This document shows positions 18,753 through 27,174 of a DNA stretch of 64,000 nucleotides, piece after piece (the first letter of the stretch is position 1; the number at the start of each line of letters is the position of its first letter). A program made the position numbers and the translations under genes. The notes under the pieces are model-generated. The model ran no database searches. It was not told where the DNA came from and worked only from the letters and a program-made list of their open reading frames with translations. Source of the stretch: Candidatus Methanoxibalbensis ujae (GTDB lineage: Archaea > Halobacteriota > Syntropharchaeia > Alkanophagales > Methanospirareceae); the NCBI GenBank assembly GCA_026134085.1, contig JAOQIN010000002.1, positions 4,859-68,858 of the forward strand. Direction: 5' to 3'.

Positions 18753-20927
18753 ATGAGGGGAAAGGCTTCCAAGCCAGGGAAAAGATGGATAACCGATTAC
18801 TGGCCGAACAGGCTAAATTTAAAAATTTTGAGGCAAAAATGTCCGAGTTCCAATCCCTATGGGCCTTACTACGACTATTTGAAAGAGGTTCAAGAGCTTG
18901 ATGTTGATTCTGTTATAAAAGATTTAAAGGAGCTTATGAGAAAATCGCAGGACTGGTGGCCTGCCGACTTTGGGCATTATGGTCCTCTTTTCATAAGACT
19001 TGCCTGGCACAGCGCTGGCAGCTACAGGATTTTTGATGGAAGAGGGGGGGCGAGGGATGGAAGTATACGCTTTCCTCCCAGGATCAACTGGCCCGATAAC
19101 ATCGGCCTTGACAGAGCTATAAGGCTTCTTTGGCCGATAAAGAAGAAGTATGGAAGGAAGCTCTCATGGGCAGATCTGATAATTCTTGCCGGAACGGTTG
19201 CGCTGGAAGACATGGGCGTGAGGATTATCGGTTTCTCTCTGGGAAGGGAGGACATATATGAGCCAGATGAGAGCCCGGACTGGGGTCCAGAGGAGGAAAT
19301 GCTTACAGCCAAGGAGCGTTTTTCTGAGGAGGGAAAGCTTAGAGAGCCTTATTCCGCCACAGAGATGGGGCTCATCTATGTTAACCCCGCAGGACCTGGA
19401 GGAGTTCCCGACCCAAGGGCATCGGCTCGGGAGATAAGGGCTGTTTTCGGTAGTATGGGGATGAACGACGAGGATACCGTGGCTTTAATTGCTGGAGGGC
19501 ATTCCTTTGGGAAGTGTCACGGAGCAGCCCCGGAAAAATATCTTGGCCCCGATCCGACCTCTTCACCGTTGGAGTCTCAGGGGCTGGGCTGGAAGTTTGA
19601 ATACAAGACAGGAAAGGGGCCCGACACCTTTACTTCTGGCTTTGAACTTGCCTGGTCTCCCACCCCCACAAAGTTCGGAATGGGTTATCTCAAAATGCTC
19701 TTTGATTACGATTATGAGATAGAAACCAGCCCCGCAGGAAAACCCCAGTGGGTTGCCAAAGATGCACCGGAAATCATACCAGATGCCCACGATCCAGAGA
19801 AAAAGCACAAACCCAGAATGCTTACCGCTGATTTAGCTTTAAAGTATGATGAGAAATATGCTGAGATAGCCGGGAGATTCTTGGAGAGCCCGGAAGAATT
19901 TGAAAAGGCTTTTGCAAGGGCATGGTTCAAACTTACCCACAGAGATATGGGGCCCAAAGGGTGGCACATGGGTCATTATGTTCCAAAGGAAGACTTCATC
20001 TGGCTTGATCCACTGCCGGAAAGAGATTACGATCTTATTGACGATAGCGATATTGAAGAATTGAAAAAGAGGATCCTGGCTTCAGGATTGAGTGTTTCCC
20101 AGCTGGTATATACAGCATGGTCTTCTGCTGCAAGTTACAGGCATTCCGACAGAAGAGGAGGGGCAAACGGAGCCAGAATAAGACTTTATCCGATGAATGA
20201 ATGGGAGGTCAACCATCCGGAAGATTTGAAGAAAATAATCAGGGTTTACGAAAAAATCCAGAGGGAGTTCAAAGAAGAGCAGGAAAGAAAAGGGAGCAGA
20301 AAAAGGGCATCTATAGCTGATCTCATTGTTCTCGGAGGTTGCGCTGCAATAGAAAAAGCCGCCAGTGATGCTGGTATAAACGTAAAGGTTCCATTCGCTC
20401 CCGGAAGGGTGGATGCGTCGCAGGAGCAGGTTGAGGTTGAATTCCACAAAAAAATAGAGCCGTTTGCTGACGGATTCAGAAACTACTTCAGATATCCGGA
20501 AACTATTAACGAGGAGGACATTTACACCACTCCCGAGTATTTCCTCGTTGATAAAGCACAGTTATTACAGCTTGCTGTGCCTGAAATGGTGGTTCTCCTT
20601 GGCGGGCTGAGGGCACTTGGAGCGGTTTACAGTTATGAAAGATACGGCGTTCTTACAGATAAGCCTGAAACACTTACCAACGATTTCTTTGTAAACCTGC
20701 TTGATACAGAATGGAGGCAGGCTGATGATTATCGTTATATCTTTGAGGGCTATGACAGAAAAACTGGAGAGCTAAGATGGAAAGCAACACGAGTTGACCT
20801 GATTTTCGGGCATCATGATGAGCTGAGGGCCGTGGCAGAGGTTTATGCATCCGATGATGCAAAAGAGAAATTCGTTAAGGATTTCGTAGCAGCATGGGAC
20901 AGGGTTATGAATCTGGACAGGATTTGA
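18753..20927 (+). CDS. katG: catalase-peroxidase
   Basis: [11 protein letters not shown] and other KatG hallmark blocks, with a two-lobed ~725 aa architecture. ATG at 18753 after a GGAAGTGA. Confidence 0.95.
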   Translation: MRGKASKPGKRWITDYWPNRLNLKILRQKCPSSNPYGPYYDYLKEVQELDVDSVIKDLKELMRKSQDWWPADFGHYGPLFIRLAWHSAGSYRIFDGRGGARDGSIRFPPRINWPDNIGLDRAIRLLWPIKKKYGRKLSWADLIILAGTVALEDMGVRIIGFSLGREDIYEPDESPDWGPEEEMLTAKERFSEEGKLREPYSATEMGLIYVNPAGPGGVPDPRASAREIRAVFGSMGMNDEDTVALIAGGHSFGKCHGAAPEKYLGPDPTSSPLESQGLGWKFEYKTGKGPDTFTSGFELAWSPTPTKFGMGYLKMLFDYDYEIETSPAGKPQWVAKDAPEIIPDAHDPEKKHKPRMLTADLALKYDEKYAEIAGRFLESPEEFEKAFARAWFKLTHRDMGPKGWHMGHYVPKEDFIWLDPLPERDYDLIDDSDIEELKKRILASGLSVSQLVYTAWSSAASYRHSDRRGGANGARIRLYPMNEWEVNHPEDLKKIIRVYEKIQREFKEEQERKGSRKRASIADLIVLGGCAAIEKAASDAGINVKVPFAPGRVDASQEQVEVEFHKKIEPFADGFRNYFRYPETINEEDIYTTPEYFLVDKAQLLQLAVPEMVVLLGGLRALGAVYSYERYGVLTDKPETLTNDFFVNLLDTEWRQADDYRYIFEGYDRKTGELRWKATRVDLIFGHHDELRAVAEVYASDDAKEKFVKDFVAAWDRVMNLDRI

Positions 20928-20958
20928 TTATGGAGGGAGCAAAATGATGCAAATTTTT

Positions 20959-21088
20959 CGGCGACGGCGGACATTCTTTGGTGCTTCGCACCTTGCCCTT
21001 CGGGTCACAGAGGGTATACGGTTCTCTCACCCCAATGTTCGGCTCCACCTGGCACTTCGCATACTCTGCATTAGGCGAAACGGCGGGT
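20959..21088 (+). repeat. R6: attC-like island repeat (TTAAC box deleted)
   Basis: GGTGCTTCGCACC and GCCCTTCGGGT hairpins, inner stem GGGTATACG/CGCATAC, right end GCATTAGGCGAAAC. Confidence 0.7.
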
Positions 21089-21091
21089 AAA

Positions 21092-23049
21092 ATGGTAAAG
21101 TTGAGAGAATTTCAAGAAAATGCAAAAGATAACCTTGTAAAAGGAAACTCCACTGTTGTTATAGCTCCAACTGGATCAGGAAAAACTCTTGCAGCTATTA
21201 TGCCTTTTAAGGATTTCAGTAGCACAAAATTGAGTAGAGTTATATATGCTCTTCCAATAAGAGCACTTGCAAAAGGTGTCCAAGAGGAATTCAAGAGTTT
21301 TAATATAAAATGTTCATCATGGTGACGAGCCAGAGAGCAAATGGTTCACGGAAAGAGCAATAATTACCACCGTGGATCAATATTTCACGGCGTTTGCAGG
21401 AGCGCCACTCTCTTGGAGTTCTGCAACGGGTCATGCAGCAGCTGGAGCTGCTTTAGCGAGTTACACGGTTTTTGATGAAATACATCTGCTAAATCCCGAA
21501 AACGGACTACAGCTGTTGTTTGCCGTTCTGAAATTACGAAACAGATGGAACCTACCCACAACAGTTATGACTGCCACACTACCCAATTCTGTGATAAATT
21601 CTCTCGAAATTAAATGTGGACTGGTAAAAATTGAGGCATCAGAAAAAGAGGAGATAGAGACTGCTGGAGAGACGTCAGTTTAAAGTTGCATGATGCGGAA
21701 CTGAACATTGATGAATTGGTAACGTTTGTCAAATGGCGTTGGAAAAACTATGGAAAAGTTATCGTTTTTGTTAATACTGTGGAGAGAGCAATAAGTCTCT
21801 ATACAAAGCTAAAAGAGGATAGTGGATTAAGAGATAAAATTTTGCTTGCGCATTCGAGATTTTCCAAAAAGGACAGAAAAAGAAAGGAAGAAGAAATTCA
21901 TTTGAAGTTTGGAAGAAATTCGGATTTTGAAGGCATACTTATCACCACTCAAGTAGCTGAAGCTGGACTTAACATATCGGCGCCATTGGTAATAACCGAA
22001 CTTGCACCGATGGATTCACTCATACAGCGTGCAGGAAGGTGTGCAAGATTTAGAGAGATTAATAAAGTTAAGGGCGAAGTTATAGTTGTGAAGCCTAAAG
22101 TTGAAAATGGTAGGTGGTACGCTCCGTATTTCGATTACATCCGCCTGAGGAAAGGTGGGAGTGGAACTAATAAGAATGACGCATTTATCAAAAATAAAGA
22201 ACGGATTACACTTTCCGAATTAACGTGGGTGGTTCTTCTTGAGAAAGCAAAAACTGATATAACTTTAAATTGGAATACAGAAAAAGAGCTTCTTAATCTC
22301 TCTTTGGACTATGCATATTCTGCATTTATAAACGGCTCAGATATAATCTACTTCAAGGATCAGATTAAGGACGAGGAAATAGGAGAGATAGTTGAACAAT
22401 ACAAAGACGAATTAAGAGGTGGGTAAAAGTGCCATTAACTATAAGTGAAGCTATTGGCATATTTGAACGGGCATTCCGTGTAAGAGACCCGAATGAGATC
22501 GAGCGAGTGCTCAGAGAAAATCTAAATGTGCAAGTTGCAGTCATAGATTCAAAAGAGACTGCGGAGAACAGGATTAATGAAGGTTATTACCCTCTTACTG
22601 TTAGAGTTCCCTACTGGATTTTTGTATCAAAAGTAAAAGAAAAAGAGTTAAATGTGTATTCTCTGGAGCAGGAGAATATCATCTCAGAGGAAAGCAAAAA
22701 ATGGAAATTAGAGGAAATATATAATGAGATCCTGCCAAACAGAACATATTTTATTTTAAAAAATAAAGCAGGTTATCACCCACATTTGGGTCTGACTTTT
22801 GAGGGAGATGGTGAGGTTACAGGTTTTGAAAAAATAGGAGAAGGTGAAAAAGCTGAGAAGTTTGTAGCGGGAAGAGAACAAACATGGGAAAAGCATGCGG
22901 TGGGCACTTTAGGTAGAGCTAATAGGATATTAAAAATTTACAGGCCGTTTCTAACGGATTGGGCTAAGAATGTATTTTCCGCTCAAAATCTAAATTTGTT
23001 GATTCTGAAGAGGGATCAGGTACTGTTGGAGATAGAAAATGCAGAGTAA
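21092..23049 (+). pseudogene. Cas3-type SF2 (DExH) helicase without HD domain, broken into 3-4 ORF pieces
   Basis: Motif I APTGSGKT, Ia YALPIRA, II DEIH, III TATLP, V TTQVAEAGLNIS and VI QRAGRCAR. The reading frame shifts near 21305, near 21660 and at 22426/22429. Confidence 0.6.
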
Positions 23050-23195
23050 GAGAATAAGCAAATCCCATTCCTTCAGCAGAGTTGGACTCTATTCCCCCAT
23101 TCAGAAATAATAACAGCTTTTTAATGATCAGACTTCTATCGTTACTAAGCTGATTCACCGGAATACTCTCCTACCCATTGCAACTCAACACAAAA

Positions 23196-23774
23196 TTAAA
23201 AATTTACATCGGTCACGGTTACAGGAAACCCCGTCTTTCTTAACATATCTAATACCTCAGCGTATGCTGCATCCTCCGTAATATCTTTATAGCCTCCAGG
23301 AAGAACGATAAAGCGATAGCTTTTCCTCTCTGTATCAACTGTTACCTCGATGATATTGGCTTTTGCAATAATCATGTGCACCTCTCTCCTTTTAATCCCT
23401 AAACGAATTATATTTTTGTAGGATACAACCGTACAGTTTCTGGAAAACTTTCTCCCAAGCATTTCGGCCAACCTATCAAGATTTATGCTTGAATCTATAA
23501 TGGAATATATGTACTTTCTAAACTCCTCAGAGCTTTTGGGTAATTGCTTAAATAACTCTTTCAACTTTTTTCGCGATATTGGAAATACCTCCTCCAAACC
23601 TTTCAGCCCACAAACATCCTTCAAAATTAAAATGCCAGTATCGGTCACCAGAAGGAGATTTAGGTACTGTATTTCAAAAATTCCAAAACTCTTAACAGCC
23701 GAAAGAGGAATGACTCCCAAAATCTCAACTCGCATCTTCTTAACTCCTCCCGGCTTGGAATCCATCACCACCAA
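23196..23774 (-). CDS. hypothetical cytoplasmic protein (last unit of the minus sub-array)
   Basis: 192-aa ORF in AT-rich DNA with no recognisable motif. The start could be the internal MRVEILG. Confidence 0.45.
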   Translation of the reverse strand: MVVMDSKPGGVKKMRVEILGVIPLSAVKSFGIFEIQYLNLLLVTDTGILILKDVCGLKGLEEVFPISRKKLKELFKQLPKSSEEFRKYIYSIIDSSINLDRLAEMLGRKFSRNCTVVSYKNIIRLGIKRREVHMIIAKANIIEVTVDTERKSYRFIVLPGGYKDITEDAAYAEVLDMLRKTGFPVTVTDVNF

Positions 23775-23931
23775 GCATCTTTATCAGAAATTTTCTCCTT
23801 TCACAATCTATGCGATTTCAGATGCAGTGTAACGTACTGTCAGGTCGTTTATTTGTTTCGTGGTTTTCATCCCTTTTTCATATCGTGAATTTCCAGTATA
23901 AATATCTTTTCAAATCGCAAAGCGACAGGGC

Positions 23932-24070
23932 ATTTCACAGCGTTCTGGGGATATGAGAGGTTTGCGGAGCGAAGCGGAGCAAATTTGGGCGTAGCAAATC
24001 GAAGCCACATATCCGCCTGTTGTCCGAGTGCGACAGGCACCAAATTGCGTAGCAATTTGAGTTGCAAGCC
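23932..24070 (-). repeat. R7: attC-like structured island repeat (minus orientation)
   Basis: Read on the minus strand: GCAATTT-[GGTGCCTGTCGCACT]-CGGACAAC-AG-GCGGATATGTGG...ACGCCCAAATTTGC...CATATCCCC-AGAACGCTGTGAAATGCCC. Confidence 0.75.
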
Positions 24071-24071
24071 A

Positions 24072-24671
24072 TTAAAAAATATTGGTTTTAATGAGATTTG
24101 ACTCATACCAAACCTCATCTTTGTTCTCATGCTCCCATCTTAACAAAAGACCAGTTTGCCTGTCATACCATCCCGTCCACCTGTTATTTCCAAATTCGGC
24201 TTTTAAGACGTAAGCTTCACGTTCGTAGCCGCTGACTTTAACAGAGCTAATATTCACGATTCTATATTCCTCCTCATCTCCTTTACATTCGTAAAGTTTT
24301 ATCGTATCGCCTATTGAAAGATCGGTTGGTATCCAGAGATGGAAATAGTAGCTTTTAAATGGTGGTCTTATAAAAAGATTCGTGATATTTTGTCCATCTG
24401 TAATCGCTTTCAGTAGCTTTCGAGATTTGATGTCTACATAAAGCGTATCATTTCGGAGCCAGTTGTGTTTAATCACAACCTTATTATATGAGACAGAAAG
24501 GATTTTATACTTGTCCACATAACGATCTTGAACAAAAAAGACGTTGTAGACGTCGTATTTTGCATAGGTCCCGGGTTTCAGCCAAGAGATCTCTTGATGA
24601 GGAAGTATGTTAAATACAACAACTGCTGATAAGATTATTATTCCAATAGTTATTAAATTTTTCCAGTTCAT
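24072..24671 (-). CDS. hypothetical protein with N-terminal TM/signal anchor
   Basis: 199 aa with an MNWKNLITIGIIILSAVVVF anchor followed by a beta-rich extracytoplasmic-looking domain. Confidence 0.5.
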   Translation of the reverse strand: MNWKNLITIGIIILSAVVVFNILPHQEISWLKPGTYAKYDVYNVFFVQDRYVDKYKILSVSYNKVVIKHNWLRNDTLYVDIKSRKLLKAITDGQNITNLFIRPPFKSYYFHLWIPTDLSIGDTIKLYECKGDEEEYRIVNISSVKVSGYEREAYVLKAEFGNNRWTGWYDRQTGLLLRWEHENKDEVWYESNLIKTNIF

Positions 24672-24717
24672 TTTGTTCCCTCAAATTTGGCTTTTTTAAT
24701 ACCTTTCTTACGAGAAT

Positions 24718-24840
24718 GTTTGCAATTTCGGACAACTTTACGGAGATATGTGAAGTTTCGCTTTGCGAGATTTGGATAAGTGTAAGCGAGCTACATATCC
24801 TCCTGTTGTCCGAGTGCGTAAGCACCGAAGCAAACAGAAA
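24718..24840 (-). repeat. R8: attC-like structured island repeat (minus orientation)
   Basis: Read on the minus strand: GGTGCTTACGCACT-CGGACAAC-AG-GAGGATATGT...ACATATCTCC-GTAAAGTTGTCCGAAATTGC. The inner stem is nearly identical to that of R4. Confidence 0.75.
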
Positions 24841-25526
24841 GTTACCCAAAGTCCCATTTTATTTGCCTCTTTAAGCCTTTCTATTTCCTTTCTTATATCT
24901 TCAATCACTTCTGGATTATAAATTTCTTTTTTATTGTCTTTTTTGATTGAAAATACAATAAATACTTTCCCACCAAAATTTTCCTCAAATTTCTTATGTG
25001 TCCTGCCAAGCCATTCCTTCCATCTGTAAATCTCCGGAGTTTGTTCATAGGTTATAGGTTTTATTTGCAAACCAATATATTTATTTCCAATCTGAATATA
25101 AAAGTCAACATTGTAAACCCTATCCCATTCATCAGGAGCAGGTTTTACCTCAACACCCAGATCTCTCTGTAATTTCCCATATATTGTTTTTATTTCCGTT
25201 AGATAGCCATCATAGGTTCTGTTAATTATGAGGTTGTGAATATATTGGATACAATCTTCTTCCGTCACTTCCTCAATTTCTGCCTGAATAACTTCTGTAA
25301 TTTTTATATATAATTTTCTACCCAAATCTTCAATATACTCTTTGGGAGTCAAGGAAATACCTTTGCTTTTGAGAAAATCACCAAGCTTTTTGTAATAAAA
25401 GTCTTCCCAATCTTCAATTGTTTTAGGGCTACATTCTCGTATCCATTGAGATACTGGTCCAACACTGTCTTTCTTATTCAATCCCCATCTGTTCGTTGCC
25501 ATGTTTAATATCCATTCTTTTGCCAT
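24738..25526 (-). CDS. putative type II restriction endonuclease (possibly MjaI-like; tentative)
   Basis: Sits 4 bp downstream of the methyltransferase. It has a PD-(D/E)xK-like NVDFYIQIGNKYIGLQIKP. About the last 33 codons read through repeat R8. Confidence 0.5.
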   Translation of the reverse strand: MAKEWILNMATNRWGLNKKDSVGPVSQWIRECSPKTIEDWEDFYYKKLGDFLKSKGISLTPKEYIEDLGRKLYIKITEVIQAEIEEVTEEDCIQYIHNLIINRTYDGYLTEIKTIYGKLQRDLGVEVKPAPDEWDRVYNVDFYIQIGNKYIGLQIKPITYEQTPEIYRWKEWLGRTHKKFEENFGGKVFIVFSIKKDNKKEIYNPEVIEDIRKEIERLKEANKMGLWVTFCLLRCLRTRTTGGYVARLHLSKSRKAKLHISP

Positions 25527-25530
25527 TATT

Positions 25531-26769
25531 TCACCTTTTTTCTAATTCAATAAATTTTGCTTTGTATTTATAATCCTTTATTGTATCTGCCTCAGCCATT
25601 CCAGATTTTATTAAATAGGCATTCACAAAAATTTTATTTTTTAAATAAACATAGGCGCTCACTGTATTTTCATCCGAGACTGATCCATTATCAAACTTAA
25701 GATAAACCTCTTTTTTCAGAATACGATTATGCAAATATTCCGATGCTTTTTCTTTATCAATTATTTTAACGCCCAAAAACTTGACAAGTAGACCAGTATC
25801 CAATTTAATAGTTTGCTCATCTATAATATCAATAACCTTGTAAAGTCTATCCTTTTTAAAATTAAATTTTTTAGGATCTATTTTGGGTTTGGCATCTTTA
25901 ATCCTTGGAACATAGCTAATTTTATCAACTTTTATTGGTGTTTGACGTTTTATTATCTGAATGTTTTCACTGAATTGCGACAAGCTTTGTTTTAGTCCAA
26001 GTTTTTCTTTTATTATTTCTAAAAACTTTTCGTTTATTTCATAACCTATTGCATTTCTTCGCAGATTTAAAGCCTCCTTTACTGTTGTCCCGCTTCCAAG
26101 GAAGGGATCAAGAACTGTATCATCTACGAATGTATACATTTTTATCAGTCTTTTTGGTAGTTCTTCGGGGAACATAGCTTCATGTTCTATCTGCTTTGCT
26201 CCACCAAAATACCAGTGTCCGTAGAAGTATTCTTTCCACTCTTCCTTGGTCAATTTTGAGTTCTCTTTGATTTCCTTTGGGACTTTTTCACTTTTTCCCG
26301 GTTTTTTGAAGATAAGTATAAATTCATAGTCAATTTCAATCATTCCATTTGGAGGATAGGGATATGAGCCCATTACATTTGCTCCTCCAGTTGTGTTCAT
26401 CGTGGTTTTCTTCTGCCAGATTATTGAACCCATATAATCAAAACCAATGTCCTCGCATTGAGCTATAAACTCAGCATGCAGTGGTATAACTTTGTATCTG
26501 CCGTAAATTATAGAACGGGCGAATTGATCTCCTATGTTTATACATAACCTCCGCCCAGGTTTAAGGACACGGTAACATTCCTTCCAGACTCTGTATAAAT
26601 CTTTCAAATATTCATGTAAGCTTTGTCCATAACCAATCTGCCCAGGAACTCCGTAATCTTTAATGTGCCAGTAAGGGGGAGAGGTGACAACCAAGTCTAT
26701 ACTGTTGTTTTTGATTTCTGTCATTTTTCGGCTATCACCGATTATTATTTTCGCCCAGTTGTTCATCAT
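25531..26769 (-). CDS. beta-class DNA methyltransferase (SPPY: N4-cytosine or N6-adenine) with C-terminal SNase/OB-like extension
   Basis: Motif IV TSPPYW precedes motif I DPFLGSGTT, which is the beta-class order. The C-terminal ~140 aa follows the thermonuclease fold pattern. Confidence 0.85.
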   Translation of the reverse strand: MMNNWAKIIIGDSRKMTEIKNNSIDLVVTSPPYWHIKDYGVPGQIGYGQSLHEYLKDLYRVWKECYRVLKPGRRLCINIGDQFARSIIYGRYKVIPLHAEFIAQCEDIGFDYMGSIIWQKKTTMNTTGGANVMGSYPYPPNGMIEIDYEFILIFKKPGKSEKVPKEIKENSKLTKEEWKEYFYGHWYFGGAKQIEHEAMFPEELPKRLIKMYTFVDDTVLDPFLGSGTTVKEALNLRRNAIGYEINEKFLEIIKEKLGLKQSLSQFSENIQIIKRQTPIKVDKISYVPRIKDAKPKIDPKKFNFKKDRLYKVIDIIDEQTIKLDTGLLVKFLGVKIIDKEKASEYLHNRILKKEVYLKFDNGSVSDENTVSAYVYLKNKIFVNAYLIKSGMAEADTIKDYKYKAKFIELEKR

Positions 26770-26808
26770 TTCACTGTATTAATTTAATATAGATAACATT
26801 TTCCATAA

Positions 26809-26875
26809 GGGGCTTCGGGCGATTTCAGACAACGAAAGTTTTGCGCAGGGCGAGCATAGGAGAGCCGCATATGAA
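26809..26875 (-). repeat. R9: partial (right-arm) island repeat at the outer edge of the minus sub-array
   Basis: Read on the minus strand: GCGCAAAACTTTCGTTGTCTGAAATCGCCCGAAGCCCC. This matches the right box of R8/R2 but has no complete left arm. Confidence 0.55.
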
Positions 26876-26939
26876 ATGATTTTCTTTGAAAAAATTTTGA
26901 GAGGAAATATAAAAAGAAGAAATATAAAATTAATAAAAA

Positions 26940-26993
26940 AAAAGAAAAAATAATAATATAAAAACAAACAAAAAAGCACCTGTAGGCAGGTGC
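26940..26993 (-). terminator. hairpin plus oligo-T tract downstream of hef
   Basis: GCACCTG-TAGG-CAGGTGC hairpin at 26976-26993, followed on the minus strand by TTTTTTGTTTGTTTTT. Confidence 0.4.
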
Positions 26994-27174
26994 AACTGAC
27001 TTTCCCATGGTGGAAAGAGTATAGTATGTGTTGTGGGTGTTGTTGCGGGGATAGTAATACCTCTTACCCGGAAAAATGCAGATGATAGCGAGATGTTGGT
27101 TTCAACATTTTGTCGCTTTCAATTTAATCAAAATGTCGGACAGTTTCACCCTCACAGGCTGATGCAGTCAATCA

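Noticed and set aside
15921-24850. Could the island repeats be a CRISPR array?
   Set aside because: Spacing is 0.1-2.2 kb and contains real genes. The copies are 110-150 bp long, imperfect, internally palindromic and present in both orientations. None of this fits CRISPR.
14900-27170. Island as a provirus, IS element or transposon
   Set aside because: No integrase, transposase, capsid/terminase or replication genes are present, and no long terminal inverted or direct repeats are visible at the borders.
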